In this document: positions 8,647 through 19,129 of the stretch, one piece after another | Layout: the number at the start of each line of letters is the position of its first letter | How positions within the stretch are numbered: the first letter of the stretch is position 1 | NCBI GenBank assembly: GCA_020631075.1 | Contig: JAHDHX010000007.1 | Span: forward strand, 3,192-67,191 | Source of the DNA: Candidatus Altimarinota bacterium | GTDB taxonomy: Bacteria; Patescibacteriota; Gracilibacteria; UBA4473 | Length of the DNA: 64,000 bases | Direction of reading: 5' to 3' | The notes under the pieces: model-generated | Database searches by the model: none | Told to the model about the DNA's origin: nothing | The model's input: the letters and a program-made list of their open reading frames with translations, nothing else | Program-made: the position numbers and the translations under genes

Positions 8647-11316
8647 CCCCTTCAACACCGATTTTTTCCGCCCTCGCTTGCGGGTGGGTTTGGGCTCAGC
8701 GATGCTAAACGTGCAAGCCTGGGTGGCTTTATCAAACTTCACCATGTAGGTCTGCTCGGTCGTCAGCACCCCGTTGATGAGCCCTTCCACCAGCGGGTGC
8801 TCGAGCGCCTGCGTCAGCACACGGCGCACTTCACGCGCACCATTCTCTGGTGTGTATGCCAGCTTGGCCAGTGCGTTGACCGTCGCCCCACCGACGACCA
8901 GCTTGATGTTTTTTTCTTGCAGCCGCCCCTCAAATTCCTTGATCTGCATTTTGACGATTTTTTTAATCGCGTCGCGGTTGAGCGGGCGAAACATCACCGT
9001 GTAGTCCAAACGATTGAGGAACTCCGCTGGGAAGATTTTTTTCAGGTCTTTTTGCACGTCTTCGGCGATCGACGCAAACTCATGGTCGTGCTCCGCCATA
9101 TCACGCTGGGTGTCGGTGAAGCCAATCGAGTTGGCATTTTGCTGAAATCGCGCCGCGCCGACATTCGACGTCATGATGATGATCGCATTGCGGAAGCTCA
9201 CCGTGCGGCCTTTACCGTCGGTCAGTTGACCATCTTCGAGGATCTGCAGCAGGAGGTTGTGCACGTCACGGTGGGCTTTTTCTATCTCGTCAAACAGCAC
9301 GATCGAGTACGGCTTCCGCCGAATTTTTTCTGTCAGTTCACCACCGTTTTCATACCCCACATACCCCGCACTGGCCCCCACCAGTCGGCTGGATGTATGC
9401 CCCGACGAAAATTCCGACATATCGATTTTGATCAGGGCGTTCTCATCGTGATACACCTGCTCCGCCAGTTGTTTCACCAGCTCGGTCTTGCCCACCCCCG
9501 TCGGCCCGAGGAAGAGAAACGCCCCCAACGGTCGGTTCGGGTCGTGCAGGCCCACTCGCGCCCGTCGGATAGCCTGCGCCACGTGGTCGACAGCTTCATC
9601 CTGCGCGATGATGTGCTGCTTAAGCGTTTTCTCCAGCCCTTTCAGGGTTTTGATCTCTGACTCCAGCAACGCCGTCATCGGCACGCCAGTCATGGTCTGC
9701 ACCACGGTGGCGATGTCGCGCACTGTCACCTTACGCGGTTTCAGTTTTGCGGCTTTTTTCACTTTCAGCTCTTGCACCGCTTCCGTCACGGCTTGCTCTT
9801 GCTGGTGCAGGCGGTTGGCCTTTTCGTAGTTTTGGTCAGTGACGGCTTGCTCTTTTCGCCGTTGGATGTCCGAGAGCTTTTTCCGCAGCTCGCGGATCGC
9901 CTTGCCGTTGGTGCGGTTCATGGCGGACTTCCCCGCGCAGGCCTCGTCCAGCACGTCGATAGCCTTGTCGGGCAAAAACCGATCGTTGATGTACCGCGCC
10001 GCTAGCTGCACGGCCGTTTCCACGGCTTCGGGGCTGACCGACACACTGTGATATTTCTCAAAATGTGGCGTAATACCCTGCAAGATCTGCGTCGCTTGGT
10101 CGAGCGTGGGCTCAGGCACATCCACCGACTGAAACCTTCGGGCAAGGGCCGCGTCTTTCTCAAAGTGTTTGCGGTACTCGTCCACGGTCGTCGCCCCCAC
10201 CACCTGGATCTGCGCCCGCGCCAGCGCAGGTTTGAGGATGTTCGCCGCGTCCAGCGACCCTTCCGCCGACCCCGCCCCAATGATGGTGTGCAGCTCGTCG
10301 ATGAAAAGGATCACCTCATTGTCGGCCTGCGAAGCCTCTTCGATGATTTTTTTCAGTCGATCTTCAAACTCCCCACGATACTTCGTCCCCGCCACAAGGT
10401 TTGACATAGACAGCGCCAGCACCCGCTTGTCGGCCAGGCTGTCGGGCACCTGCCCACGGATGATCCGCTGCGCCAGCCCTTCCACGATGGCCGTTTTCCC
10501 TACCCCAGGGTCCCCCAGCAGCACGGGGTTGTTTTTGGTCTTCCGTGACAGGATGTGCACCACTCGCTCGATTTCCTTGTCGCGCCCGATGATGGTCTCG
10601 ATTTCCCCGGTTTCAGCCTGCTCGGTGTAATCCTCACAAAAGTAATCCAGCGCTAATTTTTTCTTTTTCATCCCGGGGCCAGACTTGGTTTGGCCTCCTT
10701 CCTCAAACATCTGCGCCACGTCTTCGGGGTCATGCTCGCCTTGCCCCATGCCCATCAGCATCTGGTGCAGAGACCCAAGAAAGTGCTCCAGTTGCTCTTG
10801 GTTCCCGCCGTTGAAAACCATCGTTTGGGTGTTTGACTCCCCCGCGCGGGTGTTGACGTTTTGCTTGTTGGTGTTGCGGAAAAGGTTTTCCAGCTTGTCT
10901 ATCACTTGCTCTGGGTGCACCATCAGGTGACGGAGCACCTGCACCGCTCCACTGTCGCCCTGCTTGAGGATGGCGTAGAGTATGTGCTCAGAGTCCACCA
11001 GCGAATGCCCATAGTCAAGGGTCGCCTGGGCGGCGTTTTCGATCGACTTTTGCGCATACAGCGAAAAGATATTTTCCGTCTCATCAGCCGTTTCGTTTTG
11101 GGCCGCCGTGCTCATGTCCTCCACTATGCGGAACGCATTTTCATACTTCACACCAAAGTTACGCAGCACAAAGCTCGCCATGCACTTGGGCTGGCGCAGG
11201 ATCCCCAGCAGCAAGTGCTGGGTCTGCACGCGGTTGGCGCTGAGTTTTTGCATTTCCTCCTGTGAGAGGATCAAAGTGTTTTTGGCGTGGCGGGTGAAGG
11301 AGTTGAAGTGTGACAT
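8644..11316 (-). CDS. clpC: ATP-dependent Clp protease ATP-binding subunit ClpC
   Basis: 890 aa with two Clp_N repeats and Walker A motifs GDPGVGKT and GPTGVGKT. A short UVR-like linker ([15 protein letters not shown]) indicates ClpC rather than ClpB. A ClpP-docking SIGF loop is present. Confidence 0.9.
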   Translation of the reverse strand: MSHFNSFTRHAKNTLILSQEEMQKLSANRVQTQHLLLGILRQPKCMASFVLRNFGVKYENAFRIVEDMSTAAQNETADETENIFSLYAQKSIENAAQATLDYGHSLVDSEHILYAILKQGDSGAVQVLRHLMVHPEQVIDKLENLFRNTNKQNVNTRAGESNTQTMVFNGGNQEQLEHFLGSLHQMLMGMGQGEHDPEDVAQMFEEGGQTKSGPGMKKKKLALDYFCEDYTEQAETGEIETIIGRDKEIERVVHILSRKTKNNPVLLGDPGVGKTAIVEGLAQRIIRGQVPDSLADKRVLALSMSNLVAGTKYRGEFEDRLKKIIEEASQADNEVILFIDELHTIIGAGSAEGSLDAANILKPALARAQIQVVGATTVDEYRKHFEKDAALARRFQSVDVPEPTLDQATQILQGITPHFEKYHSVSVSPEAVETAVQLAARYINDRFLPDKAIDVLDEACAGKSAMNRTNGKAIRELRKKLSDIQRRKEQAVTDQNYEKANRLHQQEQAVTEAVQELKVKKAAKLKPRKVTVRDIATVVQTMTGVPMTALLESEIKTLKGLEKTLKQHIIAQDEAVDHVAQAIRRARVGLHDPNRPLGAFLFLGPTGVGKTELVKQLAEQVYHDENALIKIDMSEFSSGHTSSRLVGASAGYVGYENGGELTEKIRRKPYSIVLFDEIEKAHRDVHNLLLQILEDGQLTDGKGRTVSFRNAIIIMTSNVGAARFQQNANSIGFTDTQRDMAEHDHEFASIAEDVQKDLKKIFPAEFLNRLDYTVMFRPLNRDAIKKIVKMQIKEFEGRLQEKNIKLVVGGATVNALAKLAYTPENGAREVRRVLTQALEHPLVEGLINGVLTTEQTYMVKFDKATQACTFSIAEPKPTRKRGRKKSVLKG

Positions 11317-11472
11317 GGGTGTGGTGGGGAGATTTCAGGGAAATTTCTGAGAGCGTGTCCTCCGAGGCTTTTCCGAGGCCTTATTGTGGATTTGAGCAAT
11401 ACCTGCGTTTACATGATTCCAGTTTTGTCAGTTTGCATTCTTAAGTTTTAAGTCAGAGCCATTCTACCTGTT

Positions 11473-11499
11473 TTAGCACTCACGCGCAATGATTGCTAA
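11473..11499. promoter_or_regulatory. CIRCE-like inverted repeat (HrcA operator type) in the clpC leader
   Basis: TTAGCACTC-ACGCGCAAT-GATTGCTAA compared with the CIRCE consensus TTAGCACTC-N9-GAGTGCTAA: exact N9 spacing and one mismatch in 18. It lies about 157-183 nt upstream of the clpC ATG. Confidence 0.6.
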
Positions 11500-11520
11500 G
11501 AAAGTAGCCTCTGTCACCTG

Positions 11521-11548
11521 ACTATAGCGCTTAACGCAAAAAACACAA
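11521..11548 (-). promoter_or_regulatory. putative sigma-70-type promoter for clpC
   Basis: The minus strand reads TTGTGT-16 nt-TATAGT, about 21 nt upstream of the CIRCE-like element. This is the usual promoter/CIRCE arrangement. Confidence 0.4.
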
Positions 11549-11642
11549 CCAGAGGTGATTGCGGAGAAGCCCAAAATGTCGTTTCCCCAAAATATCACTC
11601 ACGCAAATACCCCCTCACGTTCCTCTGCTATAGAGAGAAACC

Positions 11643-12026
11643 CTAAAGCGGCTCTTGGGCTGGGTTGAGGGTCGTGGCGGTGTTTTCAGCCTGCGCGGTC
11701 AAGATATCACTCAGCACGATGTACTGCGTCTGCGCTTTTGAAACCATCCCCGCCGTCAGGTGTGAGTCGAGCACAAACTGGTGCGCGCTGTATGTCGCCA
11801 GTCGCGCGTCTATCTGCTCCGCCGATTGTTTGAGTTCAGAGTGCTCCTGCGCGAGGAGGTTGAGGCGATAGGTTTGGATCGACTGGTGGTTGAGCCAAAA
11901 CAAGTACGCACTCATCAACCCCACAAAAACCGCCGAAAAAAGCCCCACCAGCCAGCGATGCGTCTGCAGCACGGCGGCCGACAGCTGGGTGCGTTGGGTT
12001 CTGCGAAAGGAGAGAGAACGAGTCAC
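11643..12026 (-). CDS. hypothetical single-pass membrane protein with a coiled-coil (FtsL/DivIC-like architecture)
   Basis: One TM helix (WLVGLFSAVFVGLMSAYLFWL) is followed by a helical region. Family assignment is not supported beyond this architecture. Confidence 0.45.
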   Translation of the reverse strand: MTRSLSFRRTQRTQLSAAVLQTHRWLVGLFSAVFVGLMSAYLFWLNHQSIQTYRLNLLAQEHSELKQSAEQIDARLATYSAHQFVLDSHLTAGMVSKAQTQYIVLSDILTAQAENTATTLNPAQEPL

Positions 12027-12211
12027 GATGCCAGGGGGAGAGAGGAGGGGATTGCGCCGATTGTGGAGTCTTCAGGTCTGAAGCCTCACCCGCAGTGCAG
12101 GCCAGAGCGCGAAATCTTACCTATGCTAGGGTCACAATTTCCCCTGTCAAAGTATTTTATCCGCAAATTTTACACACTTTTGGCGGAGTTTTGCACAGTG
12201 CGTTTTGGGAT

Positions 12212-12814
12212 TTATTTTTTTAAAATACTTAGAAGATGCGGCACCATCTGCCCCGCACTCAGCCCACGGTGTGACACGTCCCGCTTGGCGTCGGGTGACA
12301 GCGCACTAAAGACCTCCTCTTGCCCCTCTGGCACAAACACCGCCGCAATCGGGATACCTTTCTCTATCGGTGCCTGGGGGAAGTCCACGATCTGCCCGTG
12401 GCAGCTGCCCAGCACCGTGTGGCAGGCGTCGGTGCTCGGGTCATACAGGCTGATCGCACTATAAAACGTCGCCCGACGGTCAGTCTGCTCCGCCATCAGG
12501 GCTAAGAATTGCGTCAGCCAGTCCATGTCAGAGCTGGCCGTCAGCTGCCGCCGCGTCCGCAGGCCAAACATCCCCGGCAGGGCGGCAATTTCCACGCCGC
12601 TGTCTTCCGCCACGGTCAGCTGGCCGTGGGCTTGGCCATACGCCCTCGCTTTGATTTCTGCATTCGCGGTATACGTCTCACCCGTTTCCGCAGGTTCGGC
12701 AATCGGCGGGAAGTCCTTGAGCGACAACCAGTCAATCTCCAGCTCTTTCCAGAAAGTCAGCAAGCCTTTCTTCTTGCCTTCGTTGGCGGTGGCGATCAGC
12801 ACACGGGGGCGCAT
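12212..12814 (-). CDS. rdgB: non-canonical purine NTP pyrophosphatase (RdgB/HAM1 family)
   Basis: VLIATANEGKKKG.., ..ETGETYTANAEIKARAY.. and ..VAEDSGVEIAALPGMFGLRTRR.. match RdgB/HAM1 motifs. Confidence 0.85.
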   Translation of the reverse strand: MRPRVLIATANEGKKKGLLTFWKELEIDWLSLKDFPPIAEPAETGETYTANAEIKARAYGQAHGQLTVAEDSGVEIAALPGMFGLRTRRQLTASSDMDWLTQFLALMAEQTDRRATFYSAISLYDPSTDACHTVLGSCHGQIVDFPQAPIEKGIPIAAVFVPEGQEEVFSALSPDAKRDVSHRGLSAGQMVPHLLSILKK

Positions 12815-12828
12815 GGGGCAAGGGAGGG

Positions 12829-13242
12829 TTAAGCAGCAGGGGGAGGGGATGCAGGGGCAGTGCCGTCAGGCGTTTGACCCGCGTCAGGTGCAGGCGCGAA
12901 GTCCCCTTCAGGGATCGCCGCCAGCGAGTCATGTACCCGTCGGGCGTGGTCAGGCGCTTGGTCGAGCTTAAACCGCAGCTGCAGCGTGCGGGGCAGCGTC
13001 ACCCGCCGCCCGAGGTCCCCCACCAGTGCCCGTTGCCGCCCCGCCAACAGGGTGATCACCTCCGCATGGGGTTTCCCGATCGAGCGAAGAAACACGTCCG
13101 CTACCTTCAGGTCAGACGCCACCTCCACCGCCGTGATGGTACACAGGCCGATCTGGTTCGGCGTGCAGAGAGCCTGCAGCGACTGCGGCAGAAATTCTTG
13201 TATCAGGCGCGCCAGGCGGCGACTTCGTTCAGATTGCTTCAT
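12829..13242 (-). CDS. rbfA: ribosome-binding factor A
   Basis: From MKQSERSRRLARLIQEFLP.. the protein matches the RbfA pattern (..ITAVEVASDLKVADVFL.., ..LPRTLQLRFKLD..). The ORF-track N-terminal extension to 13500 was rejected. Confidence 0.7.
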   Translation of the reverse strand: MKQSERSRRLARLIQEFLPQSLQALCTPNQIGLCTITAVEVASDLKVADVFLRSIGKPHAEVITLLAGRQRALVGDLGRRVTLPRTLQLRFKLDQAPDHARRVHDSLAAIPEGDFAPAPDAGQTPDGTAPASPPPAA

Positions 13243-13286
13243 CACGCGGAAGGTAGCGCAACCACGCCCAAAAGGGAAGCAGCACT

Positions 13287-13931
13287 TTACAGGGGTGCCT
13301 CCCCCCGCCACCACACCACCGTCACCGCCTGCCCCGAGTCCAGCAGCTGGTGGGCGGGCGTGTGGCCAGTGGCCTGCAGCTGGGCCCATATGTCGGCTTT
13401 GCTCGGCCCGATCAGCAGCAGCACCACCTGCCCACACCGCTCGGTGAGGTACGTCATCGTCACACTCAGTCGCTCCGCCACGGCGAAGGCCGACGTGCAC
13501 GCCGTCGTCACCCAGCCATTGCGGCTAGGGGTTTCGCTGTGCCCTGACTCATCCGCAAACAAACTCCCAATGTGCCCGTCAGGCCCCACCCCCAGCACCG
13601 CCAGAGGGCAGTGGGCGGGCAGCTGCTGGCTATACGCCTCAGCGGCGGCCAGGCGGTCTGTCACCGCGGGGGGCACCGCGGGCCCGTGCACGGTGGCGGT
13701 GGGGGCTAGTGCCTGCACCTGTCGGTGGTTGCTGTGCTCGTGGTCGCGTGGCACCCAGCGTTCATCGGCCAGCCACACGGCTCGCCGTGGCCCGACCCAC
13801 TGCACCGCGCGGGCGGCGCTGCCCCCACTCAGCAGCAAGTCCCCCCCCGTGCTGACGGCGGCCAGCGTCGTCAGTTGGCTGCGGGCCTCGGCCAGTGTGT
13901 CACAGTCTACAAATTCTACAAAGCGTGCCAT
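13287..13931 (-). CDS. pgl: 6-phosphogluconolactonase
   Basis: LLLSGGSAARAV and LGVGPDGHIGSLFAD are signatures of the Pgl/NagB superfamily. The start was chosen at MARFVEF (overlaps the zwf stop by 16 nt). Operon context is with zwf and gnd. Confidence 0.75.
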   Translation of the reverse strand: MARFVEFVDCDTLAEARSQLTTLAAVSTGGDLLLSGGSAARAVQWVGPRRAVWLADERWVPRDHEHSNHRQVQALAPTATVHGPAVPPAVTDRLAAAEAYSQQLPAHCPLAVLGVGPDGHIGSLFADESGHSETPSRNGWVTTACTSAFAVAERLSVTMTYLTERCGQVVLLLIGPSKADIWAQLQATGHTPAHQLLDSGQAVTVVWWRGEAPL

Positions 13932-15328
13932 GTCGTCTGGGGCAAGTGGTCGACAGGCCCCGCCCCCCCACGTCGGTACAGCGTCGGTGCCGTGGCCGCC
14001 GTGTACTCTATCACTTGGTCGAGCACCCGCCAACACGCGATTATCTCACTAAAGCTCAAAAAGTGCGTCTGGTCACCCGTCAGCACATCCAGCAGCAGCA
14101 ATTCATGTTCCCCCAGGCAGTCATTCCCCCGACAAGCGATCGACTGCGAAGCAGTCGGGCTGGCCACTTCCGCGTTTTGCCCCGTCAGGTCACCGTGCTG
14201 GTCATAGAGTTTCAGGTGCAGCCGCTCCGCTGGGGCCATCTCCAGCACGATGCGGTTGGCGGGGAAGTCCGCTGGCTGGAAAGGGCTCCGTCTCAGCTCA
14301 AAACTGACATAGGACTGTTTTTCTTGCCCGACATACTTCCCGCTCCGCAGCCAGATGTCCACCCCATACCAGCTCTCACGGTCTATCTGCAGCCGCAGCG
14401 CCGCAAAGGTCGGCGTGTGCTGACTGCCCTGCTGGGTGTACCCCTCATATTGCCCCACGAGGATGTTTTGCGGCTGGGGGTCAAACCGCAGCGCGGACAA
14501 GATCGCCGACTTCTCTTGGCGGATCGCCTGCGGCGAGAGCGTTGTCGGGATAGACATCGTCGTCAGGGCCAATATCTGCAACAGGTGGCTCTGGTGCATA
14601 TCTCGCAGCGTGCCAGTACTATCAAAGTACCCCAGCCGTTCCTCCACCCCAAAGGGTTCTAGCGCATTGATCTGTATTTCCCGCATTTCCGTGCCCTTGA
14701 GCATAAGGTTGAGGAGGCGGTTGTGGTGCCGCAAGGGCAAGATCGACCGCACGGCTTGCTTCCCGAGGTAATGGTCGAGCAGATAGAGACTCTCTTCGGG
14801 GAAGTGCTGCCCAATCAAATGAAACAGCGCCTGTGCGCCCGCTTGGTTGTGACCGAAGGGCTTTTCGATGATCAGCTTCGTACGGCTGGGGGAGAGCTCA
14901 GGCAGCCCCGCCACCCCGCGGGTCACCGCCCCAAACACCTGCGGCGGGATGCTGTAGTAAAACAACTCTTGGGCAAAATTCCCCTGCGTCAGGGCATTGC
15001 GGTGCTCCGCATACGCCGTGAAGGCCTGCACGTCATCATACGCCCCTCGGTGGTATGTCACCCGCGGCAAAATGTCTTCCAGTGTTGCCTGCTGGTGCTC
15101 CCCCCACTCACCCGCGTGCTGCGCCTTGACCGACTCCGCAAAGAGTTCCCGAAACGCCTCATCGCTATACTCCGACCGACTAAACCCAATGATCCAATAT
15201 TGCTCAGGCAAGCGTCGCCGCTGGGCGAGGTCAAACAGCGCAGGAAATATCTTCAGCTGGGCCAGGTCGCCACTCGCCCCAAAAATAGTGCAGATAAAGG
15301 GCTCGGTCAGTCGGTCAACAGTGGGCAT
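13916..15328 (-). CDS. zwf: glucose-6-phosphate 1-dehydrogenase
   Basis: It has the NADP-binding motif IFGASGDLAQLKIFPAL, the active-site block LLDHYLGKQ, and full length of 470 aa. Confidence 0.9.
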   Translation of the reverse strand: MPTVDRLTEPFICTIFGASGDLAQLKIFPALFDLAQRRRLPEQYWIIGFSRSEYSDEAFRELFAESVKAQHAGEWGEHQQATLEDILPRVTYHRGAYDDVQAFTAYAEHRNALTQGNFAQELFYYSIPPQVFGAVTRGVAGLPELSPSRTKLIIEKPFGHNQAGAQALFHLIGQHFPEESLYLLDHYLGKQAVRSILPLRHHNRLLNLMLKGTEMREIQINALEPFGVEERLGYFDSTGTLRDMHQSHLLQILALTTMSIPTTLSPQAIRQEKSAILSALRFDPQPQNILVGQYEGYTQQGSQHTPTFAALRLQIDRESWYGVDIWLRSGKYVGQEKQSYVSFELRRSPFQPADFPANRIVLEMAPAERLHLKLYDQHGDLTGQNAEVASPTASQSIACRGNDCLGEHELLLLDVLTGDQTHFLSFSEIIACWRVLDQVIEYTAATAPTLYRRGGAGPVDHLPQTTWHAL

Positions 15329-15388
15329 GAGGGTGTGGGGGTGTAAGGATGAAAGGGAAAGATTTTGAGGTAAAGGCGAGATGGAGGC

Positions 15389-16795
15389 CTAGCTCCCCCA
15401 CGCAGAGTGAAACACCCCCTCACGGTCGAGCCGTTGGTAGGTATGCGCTCCGAAATGATCGCGCAACCCTTGCAAGAAATTTGCCCCCGAGCGGGCCGTC
15501 GTGTGGGCCAGATGCCGTTGCAGTGCCCCCGTCAGCACAGGGGTGCTGACGGCCGCGCGGGCCGTCAGCGCTGTCACCGTTTGCAGGGCAGGCGTGGCCG
15601 TGCGCAGGGCCGCCACCACCCACGGCAGGGCCAGTGGCTGCGCCTGTGGCGCAGCGGCAAACCCCGCCTGCCACTGGGTCAGCACCCGCGAGCGGATGAT
15701 GCACCCCCCCTGCCAGATACGGCTGATTTCCGCCAAGTCCAAGGGCCAGTCATACGCCTCCGCCGCCGCCCGCAGCAGCGCAAACCCCTCCGCATACGCC
15801 AGCAGCATCGCCCCTTCCAGCGCCGTCTGCAGCGTCGGTGCAGTGTCCGCCCACGCGGGGAGGGTGTCGGTGTCGGGGGCTTGGCGGGCATATTGCTCCG
15901 CGCGGGCCACCCGCCCGGGCTGGTCACTGCTGCTCACTCGGGCGTTGACCGCCGCCGTCACGAGGGTACCATCGACCCCCAGTTTCAGCGCCTCCACCGC
16001 CGTCCAGCGGCCAGTGCCTTTCTGCCCCGCAGTGTCGAGCACTTGGTCGAGCAACCACCCCGCCCCACGGTCATCTTTCGTCGCGGTAATGATGCGTGAG
16101 ATCTCGGTTAAGAATCCCCCCATCGGGCCGGCGTCCACCGCAGCAAAAAACGCTTCCTGCGCTTCGGCTTCTAGCCCATACCCATCACGCATCACGGTGT
16201 ACGCCTCCGCCAACGCTTGCATGATCGCATATTCGATCCCATTGTGGACCATCTTCACATAGTGCCCCGCCCCGTCAGGCCCCAAGTGCGTCACACAGTC
16301 CCCCCCCGCAAAGTCCTTCGCCACTATCACCCGCAGCAGCGGCTCCAGCGCGTCCCAGACCTTCGGCTCCCCCCCGGGCATGAGGCTCGGGCCCCGCAGG
16401 GCGCCCTCTTCCCCCCCACTGACCCCCATGCCAAACCAGTGCACCCCCCGCGCGCGGTGGTGGGCCTCACGGCGGATGGTGTCGCGAAACAGGCTATTGC
16501 CTCCATCGATCATGATGTCCCCCTCTGACAACACCCCCCCGATCGCCTCCGCCGTCAGGTCAGTCACTTCCCCCGCCTTCACCATCAGCAAGACCCGGCG
16601 CGGTGTTTTGAGGGCACCGACCAGTTCCTCCAGCGTGGCGTACCCTTGCAGCTGCTCGCTGCCATGGGCCGTGATGAAGTCCCTCATCTTGCTCGTCGTA
16701 CGGTTATACACCCCCACCGACAGGCCGTGGTTGGCGGCGTTGCGGGCGAGGTTTTGCCCCATGGGGCCGAGTCCAACTATGGCGAGATCATGCAT
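15389..16795 (-). CDS. gnd: 6-phosphogluconate dehydrogenase, decarboxylating
   Basis: An N-terminal Rossmann motif (IVGLGPMGQNLARN) and conserved 6PGD core blocks (..GGNSLFRDT.., ..GHYVKMVHNGIEYA..) are present. Length 468 aa. Confidence 0.9.
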   Translation of the reverse strand: MHDLAIVGLGPMGQNLARNAANHGLSVGVYNRTTSKMRDFITAHGSEQLQGYATLEELVGALKTPRRVLLMVKAGEVTDLTAEAIGGVLSEGDIMIDGGNSLFRDTIRREAHHRARGVHWFGMGVSGGEEGALRGPSLMPGGEPKVWDALEPLLRVIVAKDFAGGDCVTHLGPDGAGHYVKMVHNGIEYAIMQALAEAYTVMRDGYGLEAEAQEAFFAAVDAGPMGGFLTEISRIITATKDDRGAGWLLDQVLDTAGQKGTGRWTAVEALKLGVDGTLVTAAVNARVSSSDQPGRVARAEQYARQAPDTDTLPAWADTAPTLQTALEGAMLLAYAEGFALLRAAAEAYDWPLDLAEISRIWQGGCIIRSRVLTQWQAGFAAAPQAQPLALPWVVAALRTATPALQTVTALTARAAVSTPVLTGALQRHLAHTTARSGANFLQGLRDHFGAHTYQRLDREGVFHSAWGS

Positions 16796-16807
16796 GAGGA
16801 AGTTTTT

Positions 16808-17470
16808 TTACTGATACAAGTTTTGACACGCATCACAGTCGGCCCAGTCCGCATTAAATTTCGCCAGCCCGCTGTCAGTCTGTGGGTGGGCGAGCATTTG
16901 GTCCAGCAACCGCGGCGGGAGGGTCGCGATGTCCGCCCCCACCCGCAGACACCCCGTAATGTGCCCCATGTGCCGCAGCGAAGCCGCCAGCACGAGGGTC
17001 GACAGCCCATACTCACGGAAAGTCTGAACGATGTCCGCCACCAGTGTCAGTCCCTCACCCCCGATGTCATCTACCCGCCCCACAAAGGGGCTCACCAGCG
17101 TCGCCCCCGCTTTCGCCGCCAGCAGGGCCTGCGTCACGCTAAACACCAGCGTCACATTGGTTTTGACCCCCTCCGCACTCAGTTGCTTCACCGCCTGCAG
17201 CCCCGCCGCCGTCATGGGTATTTTCGCATAAATGTTCGGGTGCCAGGCGGCTACAGTGCGGGCTTGCTCCACCATGGTGTCGACGTCTTCCGCCACCACC
17301 TCCACGCTGATCGGCCCGTCTACCACTTGGGTTATCTCCGTAATGGCCGCCTTGGGGTCAGTGCCTTCCTTGGCCATCAGTGACGGGTTGGTCGTCACCC
17401 CATCGACTATCCCCCACGACGCATATTGCTTGATGTCCGTTACGTTGGCTGTGTCGAGAAATATCTGCAT
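16808..17470 (-). CDS. tal: transaldolase / fructose-6-phosphate aldolase family (short type 3B)
   Basis: MQIFLDTANVTDIKQYASWGIVDGVTTNPSL.. is the canonical N-terminus of short transaldolases. The upstream ORF extension to 17593 was rejected. Confidence 0.85.
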   Translation of the reverse strand: MQIFLDTANVTDIKQYASWGIVDGVTTNPSLMAKEGTDPKAAITEITQVVDGPISVEVVAEDVDTMVEQARTVAAWHPNIYAKIPMTAAGLQAVKQLSAEGVKTNVTLVFSVTQALLAAKAGATLVSPFVGRVDDIGGEGLTLVADIVQTFREYGLSTLVLAASLRHMGHITGCLRVGADIATLPPRLLDQMLAHPQTDSGLAKFNADWADCDACQNLYQ

Positions 17471-17490
17471 CGGGGTGGGGGAGTGAGGAA

Positions 17491-17518
17491 AGTACAGGAG
17501 AGTACAGGCTAGTACAGG
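17491..17518. promoter_or_regulatory. three direct AGTACAGG repeats at an exact 10-bp period upstream of the tal-gnd-zwf-pgl operon
   Basis: The sequence is AGTACAGGag AGTACAGGct AGTACAGG (17491-98, 17501-08, 17511-18), 21-48 nt upstream of the tal ATG. One-helical-turn spacing is typical of direct-repeat regulator sites. Confidence 0.35.
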
Positions 17519-17687
17519 CACGTCTGAAGTCCGAGGACAAGCACCTGAAAAAGGTGTGTGTGTGCCTACCGTCGTAAGCCCATCATACATCATTGTACGC
17601 TTCCGCTTCCTCCGCTGACAACCCCATGCTGTAGGCTAGATCACACTTACAGTGTTTTGGAGGGCCTCCCCATTCAACCTCACTCGC

Positions 17688-18335
17688 TCAGCCTGCAGCC
17701 TCAGACACATCTGTTTCATAGCTCGCCGCACTCCGTGCCTCACGCTCCTCCAGCACCCCCAGCACTGGCCCCAGCCCCAGCCCACGCCCCGCCAGCAACA
17801 CCAGCAGATGATACACCAGATCCGCACACTCACCCGCCAGCGCGTCATCATCATCATTTTTCGCGGCTATCACCACCTCCACCCCCTCTTCCCCCACTTT
17901 CTGGGCACAGCGGTCAGTGCCACTGTCCAGCAACTCCGTGGTATAAGACCCCACAGGCCGCTCCACCGCCCGTCGCTCGACCCGTCGCCACAATTGGCCG
18001 ATCTGCCCCACCCCCAGCCCCCCACCGAAGCACGACACCGCCCCCGTGTGGCACGTCGGCCCCGCAGGGGTCACCAGCACCAGCAGCGCGTCCGCGTCAC
18101 AGTCATGTCGCACGGTTTCCAGTTGCAGCGTGTTCCCACTGGTCTCGCCCTTGCGCCACAGGCTCTGGCGACTCCGCGACCAAAACGTCACCCCCCCCGT
18201 GGCCAGCGTGTGCTCCAGTGCTTCACGGTTCATGTACCCCAGCATCAGCACCTGCCGCGTGGCCGCGTCCTGCACTATGGCTGGCACCAGCCCGCCCCCT
18301 TTCTCGAAATCAACTTTGTTCACATCGATCATCAT
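17688..18335 (-). CDS. hisIE: bifunctional phosphoribosyl-AMP cyclohydrolase / phosphoribosyl-ATP pyrophosphatase
   Basis: The HisI block is ..[48 protein letters not shown]... It is followed by a HisE-type helical domain (..[20 protein letters not shown]..). Confidence 0.85.
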   Translation of the reverse strand: MMIDVNKVDFEKGGGLVPAIVQDAATRQVLMLGYMNREALEHTLATGGVTFWSRSRQSLWRKGETSGNTLQLETVRHDCDADALLVLVTPAGPTCHTGAVSCFGGGLGVGQIGQLWRRVERRAVERPVGSYTTELLDSGTDRCAQKVGEEGVEVVIAAKNDDDDALAGECADLVYHLLVLLAGRGLGLGPVLGVLEEREARSAASYETDVSEAAG

Positions 18336-18354
18336 TTACAGGTTATAGACTAAT

Positions 18355-19101
18355 TTAGACTGGCCGAATAGCAATGCCCTCCGCTGCCAGCGCTGCCTTC
18401 AAGTCAGGGATTTCCACCTCCCCATAGTGAAAGATCGACGCCGCCAGCCCCCCATCCGCTAGGTCCTCCGCAAACACCTCCACAAAGTCCGCCACCGTCC
18501 CCGCTCCCCCCGAAGCGATCAACGGCACGCGACACCGCGGCCGCACCGCGCGGTAAAGCTCCAGATCAAACCCCGCCTTGGTGCCATCCGCCGCGATGGA
18601 AGTCAGCAAGATTTCCCCCGCCCCCGCTGCCTGCACGGCCTCCACCCAGTCAATCACGTCCCAGTCTGTCCGTTCGCGCCCCCCGCGCACATACACCCCA
18701 CCCTCACGCGTGTCGACTGACACCACCACCGCTTGCCGCCCCAGCGCCTCGGCCAGCTCCGTCACCAGCTCTGGCCGCGCCACCGCCGCACTGTTGACAG
18801 CCACCTTGTCGGCCCCCGCGTCCAGCACGGCCTTGGCGTCCGCCACGGTTTTGACCCCCCCACCGATCGTAAAGGGTATGTCGAGCACCTTGCCCACCTC
18901 CGCCGCGAAGTCCGCCACCGTGCCACGGCGCTCGTGCGTCGCCGTAATGTCCAAAAACACCAGCTCGTCCGCCCCCGCGTCCCGATATTGCTGGGCCAGC
19001 TCCACGGCGTCACCCGCGTCCCGCAGGTCGACAAAGTGCGTCCCTTTGACCGTCCGCCCATTTTTAATGTCCAAACAAGGAATGATTCGTTTTCGCAGCA
19101 T
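18355..19101 (-). CDS. hisF: imidazole glycerol phosphate synthase, cyclase subunit
   Basis: RIIPCLDIKNGRTVKG.., ..VFLDITAT.. and the (beta/alpha)8 pattern are present. Length 248 aa. Confidence 0.9.
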   Translation of the reverse strand: MLRKRIIPCLDIKNGRTVKGTHFVDLRDAGDAVELAQQYRDAGADELVFLDITATHERRGTVADFAAEVGKVLDIPFTIGGGVKTVADAKAVLDAGADKVAVNSAAVARPELVTELAEALGRQAVVVSVDTREGGVYVRGGRERTDWDVIDWVEAVQAAGAGEILLTSIAADGTKAGFDLELYRAVRPRCRVPLIASGGAGTVADFVEVFAEDLADGGLAASIFHYGEVEIPDLKAALAAEGIAIRPV

Positions 19102-19129
19102 GAGAGTTATTTTTGAATAAATATTGTGC

